Assembly (NCBI GenBank): GCA_019358935.1
Contig: JAHHIK010000010.1
Span: forward strand, 32,001-96,000
Direction: 5' to 3'
Origin: Tolypothrix carrinoi HA7290-LM1
GTDB lineage: Bacteria > Cyanobacteriota > Cyanobacteriia > Cyanobacteriales > Nostocaceae
Length of the DNA: 64,000 nt
This document shows positions 31,237 to 41,340 of the stretch, piece after piece (position 1 is the first letter of the stretch; each line of letters opens with the position of its first letter). A program made the translations under genes and the position numbers. The notes under the pieces are model-generated. The model was not told the DNA's origin and did no database searches. It was given only the letters and a program-made list of their open reading frames with translations.

Positions 31237-32181
31237 TTATGCAGCGTTTTTACGCCACCATTCGATAGTATTCTTCAGCCCCTGCTTGAAGTCTACTTGA
31301 GCGGTGAAACCAAAGGCTTGTTTTGCCCGTTCGGTATCCAAACAGCGACGGGGTTGACCATTTGGCTGGTCAGTTTCCCAGACAATTTCGCCGTCAAACT
31401 CCATCAATTCGCAAATCAGATTAATCAAATCGCGGATGGAGATTTCATAACCGGTGCCCAGGTTAACTGGTTCAAAATCGTTGTAGAATTGAGTGCCCAT
31501 GACAATGCCCCGCGCTGCATCTTCAGAATAAAGAAACTCGCGGGTAGGGCTACCATCACCCCAAACCGGAAGTTTCTTTTCTCCCTGAATTTGCGCTTCA
31601 TGAACTTTGCGAATTAACGCCGGGATGACATGGGAACTACTGGGGTCAAAATTATCTTCAGGTCCGTATAAATTTACTGGCAGAAGATAAATGCCATTAA
31701 AGTTGTACTGCTGGCGGTAAGCTTGCAGTTGAACTAAAAGCGCTTTTTTGGCAACTCCATAAGGGGCGTTAGTTTCTTCGGGGTAGCCATTCCAAAGGTC
31801 ATCTTCTTTGAATGGTACTGGAGTAAATTTGGGATAGGCGCAGATAGTGCCAACACAAACAAATTTTTCTACTCCAGCTTGATAAGCAGCGTGAATCAAC
31901 TGTGTACCCATCATCAAGTTGTCGTAGAACAACTCTGCGGGTTTTTCACGGTTGAGACCGATACCGCCAACGTGAGCTGCTAGGTGGATAATAATGTCTT
32001 GTTGGTCAGCTGCGCGTTGGCAATTTTCTAGGATGCGTAAATCGCAGTCACGCGATCGCGTAACTGTAATTTTCTGGCGATCGGCTCCAGCCTTACACAG
32101 CTTCTCTATTACCTGACGCCCCAGGAACCCAGCCCCACCCGTAACGAGAATCCGTTTATTTTTTAGTTCTAAGGCGGTCAT
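31237..32181 (-). CDS. fcl: GDP-L-fucose synthase
   Basis: [24 protein letters not shown]...SHVIPAL. Confidence 0.92.
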   Translation of the reverse strand: MTALELKNKRILVTGGAGFLGRQVIEKLCKAGADRQKITVTRSRDCDLRILENCQRAADQQDIIIHLAAHVGGIGLNREKPAELFYDNLMMGTQLIHAAYQAGVEKFVCVGTICAYPKFTPVPFKEDDLWNGYPEETNAPYGVAKKALLVQLQAYRQQYNFNGIYLLPVNLYGPEDNFDPSSSHVIPALIRKVHEAQIQGEKKLPVWGDGSPTREFLYSEDAARGIVMGTQFYNDFEPVNLGTGYEISIRDLINLICELMEFDGEIVWETDQPNGQPRRCLDTERAKQAFGFTAQVDFKQGLKNTIEWWRKNAA

Positions 32182-32206
32182 ATTTTTCTCCTCATCGGTG
32201 TATTAA

Positions 32207-33292
32207 TCAGAAGTGGAGAACACCCAATTCTTGACGAATAGTAGCAATATCATGAGGCATTTGCGAACCATGTCCATTCGGTGAAGTGCAACCGAGTGCT
32301 TGCAAATCTGCTTCTACCATCAGCGCTACCAACTGCTTAAATGTTACCGATGGTTCCCAGCCTAACTTTTGCCGCGCTTTGGTAGAGTCGCCAATTAACA
32401 AGTCTACTTCAGCCGGTCGCAGATAACGTTGGTCGAACTCAACATAATCTTGCCAATCGAGATTCACATAACCAAACGCTAAATCCAAAAATTCCCGTAC
32501 TGTATGGGTTTCATTAGTAGCAACCACATAATCGTCTGGCTCGGATTGTTGTAACATGAGCCACATCGCCTTTACGTAATCTTTGGCGTAGCCCCAATCC
32601 CGTTTGGAATCAAGATTGCCCATGTAAAGTTTTTTCTGCTTACCAGCAAAAATCTTGGCGACTGCCATTGTAATCTTGCGCGTGACAAATGTTTCACCCC
32701 GTCTGGGCGATTCGTGGTTAAACAAAATGCCATTACAAGCAAACATTCCGTAAGATTCGCGGTAATTCACCGTTTGCCAGTGAGCGTAAACCTTAGCGCA
32801 AGCATAGGGACTGCGGGGGTAAAACGGTGTTGTCTCGCTTTGTGGCACAGCTTGTACCAAACCATACATTTCCGAAGAACCTGCTTGGTAGAATCGCACT
32901 TGAATCCCGGTGCGATGTTGATAGTCACGAATCGCTTCCAACAAACGCAGAGTTCCCATTCCGACTGCATCCACGGTGTATTCCGGTGAATCAAAACTTA
33001 CCCGTACATGAGATTGAGCGCCCAGGTTGTAAATTTCTATCGGCTGGACTTCTTCTAAAATGCGGCGCAGTGTGGTACCGTCTGTCAGGTCTCCGTAGTG
33101 AAGAAATAACCGCACTCCTTGTTTATGAGGATCTTCATAAATGTGATCGATGCGGTCTGTGTTGAAAGTAGAAGTCCGACGGATAATACCATGAACTTCA
33201 TAACCTTGTAAGAGCAGAAATTCACTCAGATATGAACCATCTTGACCAGTAATACCAGTAATTAACGCTCGCTTTTGTTGGGTCATGCTCAA
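32207..33292 (-). CDS. gmd: GDP-mannose 4,6-dehydratase
   Basis: [35 protein letters not shown]. Confidence 0.97.
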   Translation of the reverse strand: MSMTQQKRALITGITGQDGSYLSEFLLLQGYEVHGIIRRTSTFNTDRIDHIYEDPHKQGVRLFLHYGDLTDGTTLRRILEEVQPIEIYNLGAQSHVRVSFDSPEYTVDAVGMGTLRLLEAIRDYQHRTGIQVRFYQAGSSEMYGLVQAVPQSETTPFYPRSPYACAKVYAHWQTVNYRESYGMFACNGILFNHESPRRGETFVTRKITMAVAKIFAGKQKKLYMGNLDSKRDWGYAKDYVKAMWLMLQQSEPDDYVVATNETHTVREFLDLAFGYVNLDWQDYVEFDQRYLRPAEVDLLIGDSTKARQKLGWEPSVTFKQLVALMVEADLQALGCTSPNGHGSQMPHDIATIRQELGVLHF

Positions 33293-33564
33293 TTATCCCT
33301 TGTCGTTTTTGATTAAATAAATACAGGCAAACTGATACAACCTAGCAGCTAATTGCTCAATTGCCCAATGGGAAACCTACGAATTTTGCTGGCATGTGTG
33401 CTATCAACTTAAGTACAAGTACTTAAATTTAAGTATTATTACGTTATCGCCTTACTTTTATTCGGCAGACTTGACCTAATTCTGTATAATTTTTTCATCT
33501 TTACCAGAATTTTATGAAAACCTAGTTTTTGTTAAGATAGAATAAAGTAGAAATTTTTGATAGA

Positions 33565-33684
33565 TATAGCAATCCTATATGATTTGTGAAGATTCACCGT
33601 GCTCAGAAACCCGACTTCTTTAAGAAGTCGGGTTTCTAAAGAAGAATCTATTAAAAATCCCACGGCTATCAGCACATGGGATTT
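33565..33684. repeat. MITE-like remnant with two hairpins
   Basis: TATAGCAATCCTATATGATTTGTGAA end; perfect stem AGAAACCCGACTTCT/AGAAGTCGGGTTTCT at 33605-33637. Confidence 0.5.
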
Positions 33685-33735
33685 CTCGGTTTGTGAACCG
33701 TTATTTACTTTTGCGCTGACAAAACAATTAGGTTA

Positions 33736-34500
33736 TCAATACGCACCGTTATTTTTTGGGATAACGACAACACCAACAGTTTTCAATATGATCCATAAAT
33801 CGAGCCAAAGATTGCCAAATTTGACATAATGCAGGTCTATTTGAACTCTCCGAGGGTAGGGAATGTCATTGCGCCCTGAAACTTGCCACAATCCCGTAAT
33901 TCCTGGTCGGATAGTTAAAATTTGCTCGATCGCAGACCCGTACTTTGGCAGTTCTTCTTCTACTAAAGGTCGCGGACCAACAACACTCATATCCCCTTTT
34001 AAAACGTTCCAAAATTGGGGAAACTCGTCTAAGCTGGTAATTCGCAAGAATCGACCAATTTTTGTGATCCTGGGGTCATGTTTGAGCTTAAAACTAGTCT
34101 CAAACTCTTGCCGCAATTCAGGTGATGTTTCCATCATTTGCATAAGAACTTCGTCAGCATTACTCACCATTGTTCGGAATTTAATACAATTAAATGGCTT
34201 ATAGTTTTTGCCGACTCGTTCCTGTATATAAAAAATCGGACCTTGTGAGCTAGAAGCAATCAGTAAGGTCAAAACCAAATAAACAGGCGAAAACAATATC
34301 AGTACTAACAGCGAAAACAAAATGTCGAACAGTCGCTTGGCAAACTCTCCGTTTAAACCCTGTAAAGTCAATGCTTTGGGTTTAAATTTAGGTGTCTTGG
34401 TTTTTTGACCACCTTTTAAGAAAGTACGCGTAGACGCGCTAGCATCTTGCCGTAGGCTTCGCCGCTTGCCGGAGAGGAGTGAGCTCTGGGCAGTCATCAT
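33736..34500 (-). CDS. rfbP: Undecaprenyl-phosphate sugar phosphotransferase (RfbP-like)
   Basis: KRLFD, KFRTM, DPRIT, SLDEFPQ, VGPRP, PGITGLWQV; order with gmd and GT4 as recalled for the Anabaena rfb locus. Confidence 0.75.
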   Translation of the reverse strand: MMTAQSSLLSGKRRSLRQDASASTRTFLKGGQKTKTPKFKPKALTLQGLNGEFAKRLFDILFSLLVLILFSPVYLVLTLLIASSSQGPIFYIQERVGKNYKPFNCIKFRTMVSNADEVLMQMMETSPELRQEFETSFKLKHDPRITKIGRFLRITSLDEFPQFWNVLKGDMSVVGPRPLVEEELPKYGSAIEQILTIRPGITGLWQVSGRNDIPYPRRVQIDLHYVKFGNLWLDLWIILKTVGVVVIPKNNGAY

Positions 34501-34609
34501 ACTCCTAAATAATCCACACCACACATAGTCCCAATCTTAAAGCCTTTCGGAGGTGCTTCTGGGGGTAATTTTCCAAAAGCCTAGAAAACTATTGCAAAAA
34601 TTAAGACCG

Positions 34610-35755
34610 TTACTCCAAGGATGGTCTTTTTTCGTTGCACGTATTTAAAAAATCAAGATAACGTTTTGCAAATATTTGTGGGGAAAATTGGGCAGCGTGC
34701 GATCGCGCATATTCTGGATTAAACTTACCCTCATACGCTTCAAAGGTTTCTACTGCCTCTACAAGGTCTGTCTCTGTTTGATGAGGGAAGAATATACCCG
34801 TCCCTGTACCCACTTCAACCGTGCGAATATCCCGCACAGTTTCTAAAGCACCACCTGCACCATAAGCAATCACCGGCGTACCACAAGCTTGTGCTTCTAC
34901 CAAAGCAATGCCAAAGTCTTCACAAGCTGCATACACAAATGCCTTGGCACTAGCCATATATTTTTTTACTACATCATTAGGTTGCCACCCCAGTATTTGT
35001 ATATGAGAATCCGCTATTTCCTGAATTTTTTTCATTTCTGGTCCTGTACCAATTACTACTAAAGGTCGTTGCAGCTGATTAAAAGCTTTGACAATTAAAG
35101 ATACTTGTTTATAACTTACTAACCGGGAAACTATTAGGTAAAAATCCTCTTTTTGAGGAAAAAATGGCAAACCTTCAATATTCACCGGTGGATAAATTAC
35201 TTTTGCTTCTCGTCGATAGCAGCGCCAAATTCGACGAGCTGTATGCTGTGAGTTAGCAATAAAATAATCAACGCGATTTGCCGTTAACACATCCCAAAAG
35301 CGCAAACGATGCAGTAAATACCGCGTCGCCCACCCAGGTAAACCATTGCCTAACTTACTTGCTTTTAGGTAATCAAAAGTCAAATCCCAGGCATAACGCA
35401 TGGGACTATGACAGTAGCAAATATGCAACTGATCCGGAGTGGTGAGGATGCCTTTAGCAACGGCGTGGGATGAAGACAAAATTATGTCATAATCCCGTAA
35501 ATCTAATTGTTCAATCGCCAGCGGTAAAAATGGCAAGTATTTTTGAACACCATTGCGGGCGAAGGGAAAGTGCTGAACAAACGTTGTACCAATTCGACGC
35601 TTGTATAAATAACTTTCAGGATTAGTAGATTCAAAGTCGATGAGGGCATACAAGTCAGCATCAATGTGATTCAGAATCTCCCGGACAACGAGTTCTGAAC
35701 CGCCTGTGGCTTTGGGTGTAAGCCATTCATGAACTAAAGCATATTTTAAGGGCAC
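34610..35755 (-). CDS. rfbZ: GT4 mannosyltransferase (RfbZ/WbaZ-like)
   Basis: ALVHEWL..GGSE, YCHSPMRYAWD, EDFGIALVEAQACG. Confidence 0.7.
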   Translation of the reverse strand: MPLKYALVHEWLTPKATGGSELVVREILNHIDADLYALIDFESTNPESYLYKRRIGTTFVQHFPFARNGVQKYLPFLPLAIEQLDLRDYDIILSSSHAVAKGILTTPDQLHICYCHSPMRYAWDLTFDYLKASKLGNGLPGWATRYLLHRLRFWDVLTANRVDYFIANSQHTARRIWRCYRREAKVIYPPVNIEGLPFFPQKEDFYLIVSRLVSYKQVSLIVKAFNQLQRPLVVIGTGPEMKKIQEIADSHIQILGWQPNDVVKKYMASAKAFVYAACEDFGIALVEAQACGTPVIAYGAGGALETVRDIRTVEVGTGTGIFFPHQTETDLVEAVETFEAYEGKFNPEYARSHAAQFSPQIFAKRYLDFLNTCNEKRPSLE

Positions 35756-35963
35756 TGCTAACTGTAATTGGTAGAAAACACGCTTGGGAAGTTATGAGAT
35801 TAACTGAAAACTTTCCGGTTGCAATTAATTCATGAACGATCGCCCCACATTCATCACAAGACGTAATTATCAGTGAAAGAGTTTCCTCAGGATACCGCAA
35901 CCTGATAACCTCAAATTGGGGGCTAGGGGCTAGCCCCTACTACTGAGATAAAATAGGGAATTT

Positions 35964-36902
35964 ATGCGAATTTTAATTATGGGTGGTACTCGGTTCATTG
36001 GTGTCTACCTAACGAAGATGCTGGTGGAATCCGGACATATTGTGGTACTGTTCAATCGTGGCAATCGTCCAGCACCCCAACAAGTAGAACAAATTACAGG
36101 CGATCGCACTGACGCTGCACAGCTTAAAGAAAAGTTATCACAAGAAAACTTTGATGTCATTTTTGACAATAACGGACGGGAACTTACTGATACTCAACCA
36201 TTGGCGGAAATTTTTCAAGATCGCGTGCAACATTTTGTTTATATGAGTTCGGCTGGGGTGTATCTCAAATCCGACCAAATGCCTCATGTAGAAGGAGATG
36301 CAGTCGATCCAAAAAGTCGCCACAAAGGTAAGCATGAAACGGAAGCATTTTTGACGCAATCGGGATTGCCTTTTACGTCGATTCGTCCAACTTACATTTA
36401 TGGTCCGAGTAATTATAACGAGTTGGAAAGTTGGTTTTTTGATAGAATTGTACGCGATCGCCCGATTCCCATCCCCGGTAATGGGATGCACATCACTCAG
36501 CTAGGTCATGTGAAAGACTTAGCAAAGGCAATGACTAAGATTGTAGGTAACAAACAAGCCATAGGGCAAATTTATAATGTGTCAGGCGATCGCTTTGTCA
36601 CTTTTGATGGTTTAGCCCGTGCTTGTGCTGTTGCTGCGGGTAAATCACCGGATGATCTGAAAATCGTTCATTATGACCCGAAAAAGTTTGATTTTGGCAA
36701 ACGCAAAGCTTTCCCCATGCGGGTGCAGCATTTCTTCGCTTCGGTGAATAAAGCCATGAAAGAGTTAAATTGGCAGCCTGAATATGATTTAATTTCTGGG
36801 CTACAAGATTCTTTACAGAATGATTATCTTGCTTCAGGGCAAGATAAAGCTGAAGTTGATTTTTCTGTAGATGAGGAGATTTTGAAAGTGGTTGATCGTT
36901 AG
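35964..36902 (+). CDS. NAD-dependent epimerase/dehydratase family, CSP41b-like
   Basis: GGTRFIG, DNNGRE, VDPKSRHKGK, FGKRKAFP. Confidence 0.85.
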   Translation: MRILIMGGTRFIGVYLTKMLVESGHIVVLFNRGNRPAPQQVEQITGDRTDAAQLKEKLSQENFDVIFDNNGRELTDTQPLAEIFQDRVQHFVYMSSAGVYLKSDQMPHVEGDAVDPKSRHKGKHETEAFLTQSGLPFTSIRPTYIYGPSNYNELESWFFDRIVRDRPIPIPGNGMHITQLGHVKDLAKAMTKIVGNKQAIGQIYNVSGDRFVTFDGLARACAVAAGKSPDDLKIVHYDPKKFDFGKRKAFPMRVQHFFASVNKAMKELNWQPEYDLISGLQDSLQNDYLASGQDKAEVDFSVDEEILKVVDR

Positions 36903-36920
36903 TTAAAGCGTTGGTGCGAT

Positions 36921-36947
36921 CTGCCCTTGGCAGCAGCGCTTCGCTAT
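36921..36947. mobile_element. 27-bp small dispersed repeat inside a HIP1 site
   Basis: GCGAT|CTGCCCTTGGCAGCAGCGCTTCGCTAT|CGC. Confidence 0.7.
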
Positions 36948-37292
36948 CGCGTTCAAGTGAACTGGTATTATTTCCATTATTCTGGGCGATCGCACACTAA
37001 TTTAGATATTTGGGTTCCGATTTGAAAATTTCTAATCCACCTGACTGGGATGATAAATAAGGAAAAACTATAAAAATGTACTTTCATGACAAACCCTCAA
37101 ACCGAATTTGATTCACCTTGGAAGGACATTTTACAAATCTATTTTGAAGAATTCATGTTATTCTTTTTCCCGCAAGCGCATAGGGAAATTGACTGGACAC
37201 GACAACCAGAGTTTTTAGATAAGGAGTTACAGCAAGTCATTCGAGATGCGGAACTGGGAAAGCGACTGGTTGATAAGTTGGTAAAAATTTAT

Positions 37293-37488
37293 CCGCCTTC
37301 GGCGGAAGGCAGAAGGCAGAGGGCAGAGGGCAGAAGGTATAAATTATGTCTTTGATTCAGCCTTCTGGCTGGAGCCAACTGGGTATAAAACCCCACCGTC
37401 TACACGGTGGATTCAATCGGTTGGGGTTTGAATCCCCATCCGATTGCTCCTTCAGCATAGCTGCCTCCTGCCCTCTGCCTTTCTTCAA
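37293..37488. mobile_element. 196-bp MITE-like element with GGCAGA(A/G) repeat arms and internal hairpins
   Basis: Left arm GAAGGCAGAAGGCAGAGGGCAG, right arm CTGCCTCCTGCCCTCTGCCTTTC; hairpins CCACCGT/ACGGTGG and CAATCGG/CCGATTG; no target duplication. Confidence 0.85.
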
Positions 37489-37995
37489 CGTACGGTCGGC
37501 GAAGAATCTTGGATACTTGTGCATGTAGAGGTGCAAGCCCAGGAAGAATCTGATTTTTCTCGGCGGATGTATAATTATAACTATCGCATATTTGATAGAT
37601 ACAATCGCTCGGTTGCATCGGTTGCTGTGTTGGGAGATGAGCGTGTTGACTGGCGACCAAATCAGTTTGGTTATGATTTATTTGGTTGTAGGGTTGATTT
37701 TCAGTTTCCAATTGTGAAGTTGTTAGACTATAAGCAAAGGTTGTCACAGTTGGAATCTAGTCGCAATCCTTTTGCCACTGTGGTGATGGCGCATTTAGCT
37801 GCATTAGAAACCCGCAATGATCGCTTACAACGCAAGCAGCAAAAACTGACTTTGGTCAGAAGGTTGTATTCGCTTGGGCTTGAACGGGAAAGTATCATTA
37901 ATTTATTCCAGTTTATCGATTGGATGTTGACGTTACCATCTGCGTTAGAGAACGAGTTTTGGCAAGAGTTTCGTGACTTTGAGGAGGCTAGAAGT

Positions 37996-38277
37996 ATGCG
38001 TTATGTTACGAGTGTTGAGCGTATTGGGATTCAACAAGGGATTCAACAAGGGATTCAACAAGGGATTCAACAAGGGATTCAACAAGGGATTCAACAAGGG
38101 TTAATAAAAGGTATTTCTTTGGGATTAAAGCTCAAATTTGGGGAGTCAGGTCAAAATTTATTACCTGAAATTGAATCTATTGGGGATGTTAACTTGTTGT
38201 CAGCTATTTTGGAGGCGATAGAAACTGCGGATTCGGTGGACGAATTGCGGCAAATTTACCAACCAGCAAATGAGTAG
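37996..38277 (+). CDS. Putative internally initiated small C-terminal protein (RpnS-like), 93 aa
   Basis: GAGGAGG at 37981-37987, 8 nt before an in-frame ATG (MRYVTSVERIGIQQG...). Confidence 0.55.
   Translation: MRYVTSVERIGIQQGIQQGIQQGIQQGIQQGIQQGLIKGISLGLKLKFGESGQNLLPEIESIGDVNLLSAILEAIETADSVDELRQIYQPANE
38029..38100 (+). repeat. 12-bp coding tandem repeat ATTCAACAAGGG x6 (IQQG)
   Basis: Six perfect copies. Confidence 0.95.
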
Positions 38278-38360
38278 TTTAAAGTCAGCGACACTCCCTC
38301 CAGAAGTCACTTTGTGGTTGATTGTGTGATAACACATCATAATTATCTATCTAATTAAAA

Positions 38361-38456
38361 TTAGGACTTACGCAAAAAGTTGTCAAAAGCTTGAATTTAC
38401 GTAGGGGCAATTCATGAATTGCCCCTACAAGACTTTAGTGGGTGCGTAAGTCCTAA
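38361..38456. mobile_element. 96-bp MITE with 14-bp TIR TTAGGACTTACGCA and an internal REP hairpin
   Basis: TIRs at both ends; palindrome GTAGGGGCAATTCATGAATTGCCCCTAC at 38401-38428. Confidence 0.85.
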
Positions 38457-38596
38457 AAATGTTCTCCAAGATATGCGTACTCGTTATCCTCAAATAGAGT
38501 CGCGACTCGATTGCGGGTTTACGAGATATTCTTGCTCATACTTATTTTCTTTCCTGATGTATCGACTTAGTAAATGGCTAGCTTCTACAAAATAGT

Positions 38597-39190
38597 ATGA
38601 AACGCAAAGTCTCTAAACGCGATCGCCTTCCTATTGGTAATGCTCAAAGGCGCGATCGCATTTATATTAGCTAGTATTATTCCTGCTAGGAAGCGCGATC
38701 GCCTTTTATCAAGCACCAATACCCCAGGCTATTTTAGTGTTGGGAAGCGCTTCTGAAAGGATGGTGTTTGCAGCGCAGTTTTGGCAGTCTCACACTAATT
38801 TAGATATTTGGGTTTTGTGATTACGCTTGGAATCTTGATGTTAATCGTCGCATTTTCCTTTCTCTTAGTGTTCCCAATCAGCGGTTGCATTTGGATGGTA
38901 GAGCAACGGATACTGTGACTAATTTTACGACTTTGGTAGAAGATTTTGTCAGGCAGAAGTTACAGCATATTTATCTGATTACGTCAGATTATCATATGAA
39001 GAGGGCAAGAGCGATCGCATCCATAGTTTTGGGCAGTCACGGAATTGCGGTTACACCTGTAGAGGTTCCTTCGCAAGGAGATAAGTCAGAATCCCTGGTG
39101 CGAGTGCTGCGAGATTGCGGGCGATCTGTGGTATGGATTTTAACTAAACGAACTGGAGCAAGTTTTAACCCGCATGTTGAAAAAGTATGA
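38597..39190 (+). pseudogene. YdcF/DUF218 family gene with three +1 frameshifts
   Basis: QAILVLG...ATDTVTNF...ITSDYHMKRA motifs spread over frames. Confidence 0.75.
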
Positions 39191-39206
39191 TTTTGCCTAC
39201 CAAGCA

Positions 39207-40190
39207 CTAAATGCCATAGTAAGACTTGAACCATGATGTAAATTTTTCTAATCCTACCTCAATTGGCGTATTTGGTCTGAACCCGACATCTTGAACGAGA
39301 TCATCAACATCGGCATATGTGATTGAAACATCACCCGGTTGCATTGGCAAAAAATTTTTCTGTGCTTTTTTACCCAAATGACTTTCTAGCACTTCAATAA
39401 AGTGTAGTAGTTCTACGGGTTGATTGTTGCCGATGTTATAGATTTTGTAAGGAGGAATGCTCGCATCTAAATCTGGTGTAGGGATTTTATCAATAACCCT
39501 TACCACACCTTCAATAATATCGTCGATATAAGTAAAGTCTCGTTGCATCTTGCCATAATTGAATACGTTAATTGGTTCACCTGCCAAGATTGATTTTGTA
39601 AAGGAATAGTAAGCCATATCAGGACGACCCCAAGGTCCATATACCGTAAAAAAGCGTAGTCCTGTAGCTGGAAGGCAATACAGATGACTATAGGTGTATG
39701 CCATCAGTTCATTAGCTTTTTTTGTGGCGGCATAAAGGCTGATGGGGCGATCAACATTGTCGTTTACAGAAAAGGGGATCTTCGTATTGGCTCCGTATAC
39801 CGAACTTGAAGAAGCAAATACTAGATGTTTGACTTGGGAATGACGGCAACCTTCCAGAATATTAATGAAACCGGCTAGATTGCTGTCTGTGTAGGCATGG
39901 GGATTTTTGATGGAGTAGCGCACGCCTGCTTGAGCAGCTAGGTTGACTACAATATCAAACTGATGATCTGTAAATAATTTAGCTATACTTTCTCGATCTG
40001 CTAAGTTTAATTTATAAAAGCTAAAGTTCTCATTTTCCTGTAGTTGCTGAAGGCGATCGCATTTGAGTTTAACATCGTAATAGTCGTTTAAATTATCTAA
40101 GCCAACAACGGTATCGCCTTTAGATAGCAGTTTTTGACAGAGGTAAAAACCAATGAAACCTGCTACACCTGTAACTAGAATAGAACTCAT
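39207..40190 (-). CDS. UDP-glucuronate 4-epimerase
   Basis: TGVAGFIG, LAAQAGVRYS, YAATKK, YGPWGRPDMA. Confidence 0.9.
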   Translation of the reverse strand: MSSILVTGVAGFIGFYLCQKLLSKGDTVVGLDNLNDYYDVKLKCDRLQQLQENENFSFYKLNLADRESIAKLFTDHQFDIVVNLAAQAGVRYSIKNPHAYTDSNLAGFINILEGCRHSQVKHLVFASSSSVYGANTKIPFSVNDNVDRPISLYAATKKANELMAYTYSHLYCLPATGLRFFTVYGPWGRPDMAYYSFTKSILAGEPINVFNYGKMQRDFTYIDDIIEGVVRVIDKIPTPDLDASIPPYKIYNIGNNQPVELLHFIEVLESHLGKKAQKNFLPMQPGDVSITYADVDDLVQDVGFRPNTPIEVGLEKFTSWFKSYYGI

Positions 40191-40194
40191 CGTC

Positions 40195-41340
40195 TTATCT
40201 TTTTTTCTTAATGTCTGCTAGTACGCGATCGTAGATTGCTTCGATTTGTTGCACCATTAAATTAGCATCAAATAGTTGCCGTGTAAGTTGACGGGCATTG
40301 TTCCCCAGTCTTTCTCTTTCTTCTGGATGTTGCAATAAGTAGTTTAAATGTTCAGCTAGCTGTTCTACATCCTTTGCAGGAAAAAGCAAGCCTGTTTCAT
40401 TGTGATGCACAATTTCGGGAATGCCATAGATATTAGGAACAACAACGGGCTTTCCGATTAGCATAGCTTCAGTCATGGCGCGTCCTAAGCCTTCCCATAG
40501 AGAGGATAAAGCAAAAACATCGGAAACTTTCAGAATTTCCGGAACATCTTCTCGTGAACCTAGGAATCTTACTTTATCTGCTATACCAAGTTGTTGGACT
40601 TGACTTTTTAGACTATTAAGAAGTTTGCCATCGCCAACTAACAGTAACAGAGTGTTGGGATGATGTTCTAGAACTTTGGCAAAGGCATCTATAACAAAGT
40701 AAGGAGCTTTTTGTTCGTCTAAGCGACCTACTATGGAAATTGTTTGCCAAGCTTCAGGAATTTTGAGGGTATGTCGAGTATGTTGAAGATTAGAGGGACG
40801 ATCTAATTTGGCAAAGTCGATGCCACTGTATACTGTTTGTGAATTGTCTAAGCTGAGAATGTTAAGCTTTGCTGCTTCTTGACGGTTAAGTTCGCTAACA
40901 GTGATAAAGAAATCTGTAAAAGGACGAACGCTGCGTTCTATATTGATATAGAATTGGCGTTTCCATTTAGGCATAAAGTCATGAAATGGAAAGCCATGAA
41001 TAGTATGTACAACAGGAATTCCTACTATTTTGCCAGCCCAACGCCCCAAGATTCCTGCTTTGGAACTGTGGGTATGGAGGAGATCGAATTTTTCTTGTCG
41101 AAGTAACCTTACAATTCCGATTAGCGTCGCAATATCTTGTAAGGGACTGAGCGGATTAACAAGATTGGGAAGGGGGTGAAAAACATCTGCTGCTTTTTGT
41201 GCCCGTTCTTGCCAGAAACCGTTGGGATTAGAGGCGAGGTGAACTTCAAAAGATGAGGGATTATGTTTCTCTATAGTTAGGAGCGTATTGTCTTGTGCCC
41301 CCCCGATAGTGATACTAGTAATCAAGTGTAGAACTTTCAT
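40195..41340 (-). CDS. Glycosyltransferase family 4
   Basis: HTHSSKAG, WEGLGRAMTEA. Confidence 0.9.
   Translation of the reverse strand: MKVLHLITSITIGGAQDNTLLTIEKHNPSSFEVHLASNPNGFWQERAQKAADVFHPLPNLVNPLSPLQDIATLIGIVRLLRQEKFDLLHTHSSKAGILGRWAGKIVGIPVVHTIHGFPFHDFMPKWKRQFYINIERSVRPFTDFFITVSELNRQEAAKLNILSLDNSQTVYSGIDFAKLDRPSNLQHTRHTLKIPEAWQTISIVGRLDEQKAPYFVIDAFAKVLEHHPNTLLLLVGDGKLLNSLKSQVQQLGIADKVRFLGSREDVPEILKVSDVFALSSLWEGLGRAMTEAMLIGKPVVVPNIYGIPEIVHHNETGLLFPAKDVEQLAEHLNYLLQHPEERERLGNNARQLTRQLFDANLMVQQIEAIYDRVLADIKKKR

Larger units (their letters stand above)
37086..38277 (+). pseudogene. Rpn-like PD-(D/E)XK nuclease/putative transposase gene interrupted by a 196-bp insertion
   Basis: FDSPWKD...LVDKLVKIY joins RTVGEESWILVHVEVQ in frame once 37293-37488 is removed. 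Confidence 0.88.

Noticed and set aside
37293..37488. Self-splicing intron in the Rpn-like gene
   Set aside because: Short, with no recognisable group I core or group II ends; inverted repeat arms fit a MITE better
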